A stretch of 64,000 bases of DNA from a virus (Duplodnaviria; Heunggongvirae; Uroviricota; Caudoviricetes), in IMG/VR virus record IMGVR_UViG_3300021431_000082, positions 8,047 through 72,046 of that record; one strand, given 5' to 3'. Below the pieces are notes generated by a model. It searched no databases and had not been told where the DNA came from. It worked only from the letters and a program-made list of their open reading frames with translations. A program made the translations under genes and the position numbers. Shown here one piece after another: positions 57,558 to 64,000 of the stretch; the first letter of the stretch is position 1, and each line of letters opens with the position of its first letter.

Positions 57558-57573
57558 TATCTAATGTTGTCAG
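57558..57573 (-). promoter_or_regulatory. conserved ACATTAGATA promoter element
   Basis: Plus-strand TATCTAATGTTGTCAG. Confidence 0.45.
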
Positions 57574-58265
57574 CGAACGGCAAGAAGCTTTTTCTTCAGC
57601 TCCTCAAGGGTTTCCTTGTCCTGACACTGCTTCGGGTCTCCACCCTGATCAGGCAGCATCTCTTTACAGATCTCAGCTACCTTCTTTTTCTGAGTGTCAC
57701 CGATCTTACACTTCTTTCCAATCAGCTCATAGCAAGCGGTCTGAAGTTTCTGAAGCGCAAGGTCTTCATCGGAGAATTCCTCACCGTCATACACATGAAG
57801 TCCTAAACCGAAAGCTGCAATGTTCTTAACGATACATCTCATTGTCGCCTTATTAACATCCATAGATGTGATAGTATCCAGGGTGACCGGCTGCTTTTTC
57901 AGGTTCATTACCGGAAGCCACATCTCTTCTACGATTTCAACCGGATCATCCTTGTCATATGGAATTTCCAGCGTCTCATAAACCCGCTTTGCGTTTAGAG
58001 TGATCCTCGTCCTTACCTCAGCTGTATTACCAACAGACCAGTATGGTCTCGGTTCTCCGTCTATAATTGATTCACCAAGCAGAATCTTCGGTACATACTC
58101 AAGCCGCTCAATCCTTGCATATGGATCAATCTTTTTAAGTTCCGTTTCAGCTGATGCCCAGGACACATAATTAAGCCCTTGGTTCTTTTTAATCTGATCT
58201 GTCAGCGAAATTGAGTTTAGCTTCGAGAAATAATTTTTACTTGTACTCATAATACCTCTTGTCAA
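57570..58265 (-). CDS. possible single-strand annealing protein (Rad52/Sak-like)
   Basis: GLNYVSWA segment and an acidic C-terminus. Weak evidence. Confidence 0.3.
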   Translation of the reverse strand: MTRGIMSTSKNYFSKLNSISLTDQIKKNQGLNYVSWASAETELKKIDPYARIERLEYVPKILLGESIIDGEPRPYWSVGNTAEVRTRITLNAKRVYETLEIPYDKDDPVEIVEEMWLPVMNLKKQPVTLDTITSMDVNKATMRCIVKNIAAFGLGLHVYDGEEFSDEDLALQKLQTACYELIGKKCKIGDTQKKKVAEICKEMLPDQGGDPKQCQDKETLEELKKKLLAVR

Positions 58266-58399
58266 AATTTAAATTCAGGTGCTTATCTTCTTCAAACTTT
58301 ATGATGCGAACCTTTCCACACTCTGGACACCTGGCCAAGTATGTTATGTAAGTTCCGCCGCTGTAATCGACAGCATTTATCATATCTGTCTTGCAGTCT

Positions 58400-59485
58400 T
58401 TACATTTCATCTATCCCTTCAACTATCTTCTGCTCCATTCTGATTTTGTTGATAGCCCGTACAACAGTGTCTGCATCTTCAGCGGAGATACCGTTCCCTA
58501 CCGAGATGCGAAGACTTCTGTTGCACTCTTCATCCGTAAGCCCCATAGCCTTGAGCACATGACTCGGAGTCGCTGACGAAGCATTACAGGCTGACCCAGC
58601 GCTTAAGTAAATCTCCATCTTACTGAGCGACTGGATCATTGTGTCATTGTGAACATCCAACCGAAAGTTGATGATGTTCTTATATGGATCATCGTGGCAG
58701 CTGGTTCCGTTGATGACAGCGCCACATTCTGACACCAACCTATCCTCAAACCAGCCGAGGTTAACCGGCTGTGGGTTAGCATGTAACTTCGTGGCTTCAG
58801 CAAGCCCTACGATAAGCGGAATCGGCTCCGTTCCAGACCTAAGTCCGAACTCCTGGCCACCACCAAACATTGATGGGTACAATCCTTTTCGAAATTTTCG
58901 ATTCGCAAAGAGGAATCCAATTCCCTTCGGCCCATTGAACTTATGCCCACTAACACTCATTGCGTCAACATGTGTAATATCAATCGGCCTATGCCCAAAT
59001 GCCTGAACGGCATCGGTATGGAATAAGATGCTCCGTTCATGGCAAAGCTTACCGATTAGATCATACGGCTGAACAACTCCTGTTTCATTGTTAACAGTCA
59101 TAAGAGAGACAAGATTAGTGAATTTGTTTAGCTTGTATAGAAAATCCTGGATGTCTATTACACCGTTGGAGCATGTTTTGAATCTCCACTCGCTGTATGT
59201 CAATACAGCCTTATGTTCAATATCGCTTATTAAATCCTCATCAGAAGTAGATAACATCGCCATATTGTCAGACTCCGTTCCACCAGATGTAAATATGATC
59301 TCATCCGGGAAACAGCCAACTACCTCTGCGATCTCGCTTCTGGCTTTTTCCATTGCCTCTTTCGCAATCTTACCAAACTTATGGGTTGAACCGGCGTTCC
59401 CGTAGTTCTCAGTAAACCACGGAAGCATCGCTTCGACTACCCTCGGGTCTGTCTGCGTTGTAGCGGCATTATCTAAATAGATCAT
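58400..59485 (-). CDS. cysteine desulfurase (IscS/NifS-like, PLP-dependent)
   Basis: 361 aa with PLP-lysine motif SGHKFNGPKGIGFL and active-site Cys in SAGSACN. Confidence 0.7.
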   Translation of the reverse strand: MIYLDNAATTQTDPRVVEAMLPWFTENYGNAGSTHKFGKIAKEAMEKARSEIAEVVGCFPDEIIFTSGGTESDNMAMLSTSDEDLISDIEHKAVLTYSEWRFKTCSNGVIDIQDFLYKLNKFTNLVSLMTVNNETGVVQPYDLIGKLCHERSILFHTDAVQAFGHRPIDITHVDAMSVSGHKFNGPKGIGFLFANRKFRKGLYPSMFGGGQEFGLRSGTEPIPLIVGLAEATKLHANPQPVNLGWFEDRLVSECGAVINGTSCHDDPYKNIINFRLDVHNDTMIQSLSKMEIYLSAGSACNASSATPSHVLKAMGLTDEECNRSLRISVGNGISAEDADTVVRAINKIRMEQKIVEGIDEM

Positions 59486-59787
59486 GCACCCTCCTTAAAC
59501 GAAATGATCGTATTGTCATCAATGAAATACGAGATGCTATCCTCAGTATAAATATCTTTCCAGTCGGTGTATGTATGGCTTCCATTTTCTGTATCGATAT
59601 AGATTGCATTCTCTGTCACGAACACATACTTGATGAGTTCATTTGTCGTGCTAACGCTTCTCTTGTTTCCAACAGTGAAAGCCACATATTTTCCAATGTT
59701 CTCTTCGAGTAACTGTGTAAACTCCATCTTCTTCCTCCTCGAACATCTGTTTGTTCTAATCATACACCGAACAACCGTTCTTGTCAA
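59482..59787 (-). CDS. hypothetical protein
   Basis: 101-aa ORF. Confidence 0.4.
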   Translation of the reverse strand: MTRTVVRCMIRTNRCSRRKKMEFTQLLEENIGKYVAFTVGNKRSVSTTNELIKYVFVTENAIYIDTENGSHTYTDWKDIYTEDSISYFIDDNTIISFKEGA

Positions 59788-59804
59788 TACTTATATTTCA
59801 CCCG

Positions 59805-59820
59805 TATCTAATGTTGTCTC
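59805..59820 (-). promoter_or_regulatory. conserved ACATTAGATA promoter element
   Basis: Plus-strand TATCTAATGTTGTCTC. Confidence 0.4.
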
Positions 59821-59838
59821 ACAAAAAATTTAGAGCGA

Positions 59839-60699
59839 TCAAAAGATCGCCCTATCATAGTATTTCAAATTAACAAGTGATGTATCAGCCAAATCCTTCT
59901 TATTATATTGATCCAGAAGATCTTCAAACTCTGGTCTGATTTCCTTTGTGTAAGTTCTTCCTTTTAATATTTCCATATACCTATTGAAGAACCCACTCAT
60001 ATACAGTCTTCGCAGTGTGATACGTTCGTCACCATTTGCCTCTCTATACCGACCCAACCAGTTATATAATACAGCCGGACTCATTGTGTTCTTGCCACTC
60101 CTGAGCTTTTTGATTCTGATTATCTTTCCATTTTCTACCGTCTCGATCATTCTCCCCTTCGTATCTGGGTAAGCGTCTTCACCGGCAGATAAAACAGCAA
60201 TATCAATCAGCTTCTGACTGCATTTATATATATGCCCCGACTTGGCGGTAATCGTCTTCTGTTGCCTGTTAATTCCGTCTGCGTCGGTTTCAAGGATATC
60301 TGCGACATCATAAGTTCCGATCCCTTCGTATGCACCAAGGATAATAAACTTCAGTGCAAAACGATCTTCATAATCAACGATATCCATAATATCTTTTTCA
60401 GTCAGCCTAATTGATTCTCTTGCTGAGAAATCGACATACTGTGCAGGTCTCTCCATTACTAGAGTTTTACATAGCCTTTCACCGAAAAAAGCTTCCTCAT
60501 AGTCCTGCATATATTTGTTAATCAGGTCGGTGCATTTTTTTACATCAGTAATTGATGCACAGTGGCAATCGGAAATAACTTTCAGGATATCGTCGTTACT
60601 CATTTTATAAAGTTCGATATCATTTTCAGCATTCGAGAATACTTCAAATTCCTTATCAGTCAAGGACTCCCTCGAATACAAACTAAACTTCCTCTCCAT
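59839..60699 (-). CDS. hypothetical protein
   Basis: 286-aa ORF. Confidence 0.45.
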   Translation of the reverse strand: MERKFSLYSRESLTDKEFEVFSNAENDIELYKMSNDDILKVISDCHCASITDVKKCTDLINKYMQDYEEAFFGERLCKTLVMERPAQYVDFSARESIRLTEKDIMDIVDYEDRFALKFIILGAYEGIGTYDVADILETDADGINRQQKTITAKSGHIYKCSQKLIDIAVLSAGEDAYPDTKGRMIETVENGKIIRIKKLRSGKNTMSPAVLYNWLGRYREANGDERITLRRLYMSGFFNRYMEILKGRTYTKEIRPEFEDLLDQYNKKDLADTSLVNLKYYDRAIF

Positions 60700-60723
60700 T
60701 GTCCTAATTCCTTTCGTCTTCTG

Positions 60724-60739
60724 TATCTAATGTTATCAC
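60724..60739 (-). promoter_or_regulatory. conserved ACATTAGATA promoter element
   Basis: Plus-strand TATCTAATGTTATCAC. Confidence 0.4.
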
Positions 60740-60753
60740 AATCATTTTGAATG

Positions 60754-61704
60754 TCAAGCATAGAATCCGTTGGCTCCTTTGTTAGCTTTTGCACTCGCTT
60801 CGTTCTTATTCTGTAAATAAATTTCAGTTGTGTGAGGCGATGCGTGTCCGAGTAACTGCTGAATGTCATAGACAGAATAACCGTCCTGAGAAAGCAGCGT
60901 AGCTGTTGACGCTCTGATCTTATGCGGAGTGATGTGCTTACCGGTGACTTCGCAACGCCTGGTAATCATGGCTTCAATCATATACCTGGTCATCCGCTCT
61001 CCCTTATCGCTCACGAATAATGCGTTGGTTTTGATACGAGGGGCAAGATAGTTGCGCTCCTTCAGGTAATCGGCGGTAAGCTTCAGGACGCTGTCAGAAG
61101 GATAGAAAGTCCTAATCTTGTTTTCCTTCTCAATAACCTTCATCTCCTTCCTGTCGAAGTTGATACTGTCAACATTCAGTTCAAACAGGGCGTTGAGTCG
61201 CATTGCGTTGGTCAGGAAGAGAACAAAGATCAGCTCGTCTCGCTTGGCATACTTGTCGCCAGACATTCTGATTTCCCTAACGACAGCATCGATCTCTTTT
61301 TTGGTAAGATAGGTGCGCTTCACCTGGTCAGACGGTTTGGCTGCCGGCCTATCCATCTCTTCCATAGGATTCTCAGTGATGCGCTTTGTCTTCCGAAGAT
61401 AACTGAAGTATTTCTTCAGACCGGAATACACAGCAACCATCCACGACCCGGATGTCTTGCCGCCGTTTGACTTCTCGTCCATATAAGTCAGGACATCGTC
61501 GTACGTCACCTCGCTTACCGGCTTATCGAGCCAGTTCATAAATGCAATTACGATCTGAAGATAGGACTTCTGCGTCATAAAGGACTTGGTCTTACCGGAG
61601 TGGATCATATCAGAATAGAATCCACGGACCTCAGCCGGCTGTCCTTCCAACATCTCAGCCATTTTCGCTTTCGCTTTCATGATGCTTTCTTCTCTTCCAG
61701 TCAT
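60754..61704 (-). CDS. tyrosine recombinase (XerD-like)
   Basis: HKIRASTATLL, LLGHASPHTTEIYL catalytic motifs. Confidence 0.75.
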   Translation of the reverse strand: MTGREESIMKAKAKMAEMLEGQPAEVRGFYSDMIHSGKTKSFMTQKSYLQIVIAFMNWLDKPVSEVTYDDVLTYMDEKSNGGKTSGSWMVAVYSGLKKYFSYLRKTKRITENPMEEMDRPAAKPSDQVKRTYLTKKEIDAVVREIRMSGDKYAKRDELIFVLFLTNAMRLNALFELNVDSINFDRKEMKVIEKENKIRTFYPSDSVLKLTADYLKERNYLAPRIKTNALFVSDKGERMTRYMIEAMITRRCEVTGKHITPHKIRASTATLLSQDGYSVYDIQQLLGHASPHTTEIYLQNKNEASAKANKGANGFYA

Positions 61705-61705
61705 G

Positions 61706-62317
61706 TCAGCCTCCTATTCTTGCTGTATCAAGGATGTCTAAACTCCTGATCAGTTTGTCTTCAAGTTCTAACAGCTCTTCGTTCCTTGTCGTTGCATACT
61801 TCTCATCTTCAATGGCCTGCTGCACATCATCAAGCGCCCTGTTTCCGTACCAGAGAGCTTTGTCAATGCGCTGTGCCGTCAACTGATTCACTGTTTCTTT
61901 GTAGTGAGGTTTAATTCCTTTGATCTTAGCCAAGGATTTGAGGTCGGTAACAGTTGCTCTCCTTCCTTTGTCATCCTCTACCGTCCAGCTTCCTTCTGAT
62001 TTAAGAAAGTTGATAAGCTGTGTGAAGTTGTAGATTCCAAGCGCCGTAAGATCGGACATATAGAACCCGTCTTCGGTTGTGATCCCGATCAGAAATTTAT
62101 AATCGTTCTCCGTTTCTTTAATCGCGGTATCAAGCATCTCCTGGAAGCGGTCACAGAACTTTTCCCCATATGCCTGGTTGATTACTGTCCCGTCTCTTTC
62201 CTTGCAGTAGCGAAGCATCCTGAGATAGAATGCCTTGCCAGCTTTCTCATATTGCTTGTGGAAATTGTCGTACTCTTGCCGCTGTGCTTTATTGATAAGA
62301 TAGTATCTGATTTTCAT
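61706..62317 (-). CDS. hypothetical protein
   Basis: 203-aa ORF. Confidence 0.4.
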   Translation of the reverse strand: MKIRYYLINKAQRQEYDNFHKQYEKAGKAFYLRMLRYCKERDGTVINQAYGEKFCDRFQEMLDTAIKETENDYKFLIGITTEDGFYMSDLTALGIYNFTQLINFLKSEGSWTVEDDKGRRATVTDLKSLAKIKGIKPHYKETVNQLTAQRIDKALWYGNRALDDVQQAIEDEKYATTRNEELLELEDKLIRSLDILDTARIGG

Positions 62318-63228
62318 GTATCCCCTTCGCCACAGAACTCGCGTAGCTCTTCTTCTGTTAATACCTGGTTTGTTTCCATTTCACTGATCTTTAATTCTTC
62401 GTTGCAATCATACAGTGGGTTGATGTATTTTAAAAATTTACTTTGCACATTTGAATTTTCAAGCGCTAATTGAAGTGCGTTTACATGCAGACGGATTATA
62501 AACAACAACCTCTTTGTCTTTTCTCCGTATAACAAATGTATTTCGCTCTGATCTAATTCTGGATCATATTCTATGTATCGAATAATATGTGTATGGAATT
62601 TCGTTCTTTTATTACCAAGAAAAATATGACAGAAATCGTGTATGCCGTTCAATATCAAAACATCACTTCCGCCATTGCTAACAAATTTATATAACTGACT
62701 TAAAACAAACCATCTATCTTGCAAATCTGCATACTTCCTTGCCCCAACAGACGATTTAACCTCTATTGGAGTATAATATTCTGCTATCGTTTGTGCGTAA
62801 TCTTTTAAAAGTGGGTTCTCTTCTGGAAGATTAAACCTACACACATCGACCTCTGGTGTGTCCTTCTTTTTGCATTTCTTTTTCTCCTCATCTTCTGCTT
62901 TATATTCAACGAAGCTATCAAAAGAATTAAATGATATTAATTCAATACCACCATCATATTTTTCTGCGTCATTTAATTCCGGTTTATAGAGGTTGATAAG
63001 AAACAGCTCAACGATTCTCTCTTCAGCAGCACTCTTCAATGAAATATAATCAATCTTAAAGTCTTCATATGCCATATGATGATCCTTACAGTAACTTAAG
63101 AACTTATCACTTTGAGAATCTGTCTTATGTTGCTTAACACGCTGTTGCATAGAGATCGTTCTACCAACATAAACGACTGTTTCATTATGTATATAACGAT
63201 ACACATAATAACCCGTACTCATTTCCAC
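62314..63228 (-). CDS. GIY-YIG-domain endonuclease-like protein
   Basis: N-terminal YYVYRY...VVYVGRT...RVKQH GIY-YIG pattern. Confidence 0.45.
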   Translation of the reverse strand: MEMSTGYYVYRYIHNETVVYVGRTISMQQRVKQHKTDSQSDKFLSYCKDHHMAYEDFKIDYISLKSAAEERIVELFLINLYKPELNDAEKYDGGIELISFNSFDSFVEYKAEDEEKKKCKKKDTPEVDVCRFNLPEENPLLKDYAQTIAEYYTPIEVKSSVGARKYADLQDRWFVLSQLYKFVSNGGSDVLILNGIHDFCHIFLGNKRTKFHTHIIRYIEYDPELDQSEIHLLYGEKTKRLLFIIRLHVNALQLALENSNVQSKFLKYINPLYDCNEELKISEMETNQVLTEEELREFCGEGDT

Positions 63229-63524
63229 CTCTTTTCTACCCAGTACTTATACAGCTTGCAATTCGAGCGAAGATATCTATCAACAACTTCAAGATCGTCC
63301 TTATGCGCGTATCTGATAATCAGATCGACAATCTTCTTTGCGTTCTTCATCGGAAGATCTACATAGTAGACCTTGTTTTTCTTGTCGTATTTCCTCTTCC
63401 CCGCATCAGCTGCAATTGCTTCAAGATCAACTTCCATTGACCACGCATTATCCCAACTATCTCCAAACTGAATTACGTTTTCCATATCATCTCCTCGGGG
63501 TATACCCATATCTTCTGCTCTCAT
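63219..63524 (-). CDS. hypothetical protein
   Basis: 101-aa ORF. Confidence 0.35.
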   Translation of the reverse strand: MRAEDMGIPRGDDMENVIQFGDSWDNAWSMEVDLEAIAADAGKRKYDKKNKVYYVDLPMKNAKKIVDLIIRYAHKDDLEVVDRYLRSNCKLYKYWVEKRWK

Positions 63525-63538
63525 CTCGATCTCCTTTC

Positions 63539-63748
63539 TTAATCGATGTATACGTAACCTTTCTTCCGGTTCGCTTCTCGCTTCTCTTCCAGGTATCTCT
63601 GATGTCTATCCCACAGCTTCGCTTCACAGTAAAGCTCGTATGCAAACCAACTCCAAACCATGATGATCCCGGCAACTCCACCGGGAATCAACAGCATAAT
63701 CACTGACAGTACCAGATAGCAAATGATCCTTGTTCCAATCATAATCAC
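63539..63748 (-). CDS. small membrane protein
   Basis: 69 aa with two TM helices. Confidence 0.35.
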   Translation of the reverse strand: MIMIGTRIICYLVLSVIMLLIPGGVAGIIMVWSWFAYELYCEAKLWDRHQRYLEEKREANRKKGYVYID

Positions 63749-63978
63749 ACCTCCGCAATCTCTTCGATTGTAGCGGCAGCTTCCTCGATAGAATCCATCG
63801 CTTCATCCATCTGATCAATGTACTCCTGCATCTCCGCTCCCTTTTCTCCATCCTGGAATGACTCAGGGAGATTATCGTATGCCTCCTCCTCTTCATCTCT
63901 GCAACACTGAATGATATCGCAAGCCTCTCTTAACATATCTGCCGCTCTTCCAAGTTCTTTTCTTCTCATCTTATTCAT
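63745..63978 (-). CDS. acidic small protein
   Basis: 77 aa, E/D-rich. Confidence 0.35.
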   Translation of the reverse strand: MNKMRRKELGRAADMLREACDIIQCCRDEEEEAYDNLPESFQDGEKGAEMQEYIDQMDEAMDSIEEAAATIEEIAEV

Positions 63979-64000
63979 AGATAGCCCTCACTCCCCAACT

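Noticed and set aside
1-64000. TGA (opal) recoding in addition to TAG
   Set aside because: TGA cleanly terminates many well-defined genes (integrases, nrdD, dnaE, the six-TAG tail gene). No gene requires TGA read-through to reach a sensible length.

Overview
This 64-kb window is a contiguous piece of a tailed phage genome, probably infecting a strictly anaerobic low-GC Firmicute. The host inference rests on AAAGGAGG-type RBSs, choline-binding-type cell-wall-binding repeats in two lysins, and an anaerobic NrdDG ribonucleotide reductase. The two strands carry separate modules.

Plus-strand late module (1-10.1 kb):
- tail-fibre and receptor-binding paralogs
- a holin-like gene
- a CHAP-type lysin
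- membrane proteins

Minus-strand early/replication module (10.2-64 kb):
- three tyrosine recombinases
- dozens of small early genes, including three expanded paralog families
- a second (GH24) lysin and a dUTPase
- NrdG/NrdD/NrdH, SSB, a DnaQ-like exonuclease and a Pol III alpha polymerase
- an Rnl1-type RNA ligase plus a Pnk-HD end-healing enzyme
- a roughly 14-gene tRNA array
- primase, DnaB helicase, a Cas4-like nuclease, a radical SAM enzyme, an IscS-like cysteine desulfurase and a GIY-YIG endonuclease

The most striking signal is stop-codon recoding. At least six late genes, and one minus-strand small gene, contain in-frame TAG codons, up to six in one tail gene. TAG is essentially never used as a terminator. 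The tRNA array encodes a CUA-anticodon suppressor tRNA whose architecture (long variable arm, G73 discriminator, Ser-like D-arm) points to a serine-type rather than the commonly reported glutamine-type suppressor. A repeated TTGACAACATTAGATA promoter element precedes many minus-strand operons, and several tRNA-like sequences in the array are structurally aberrant.
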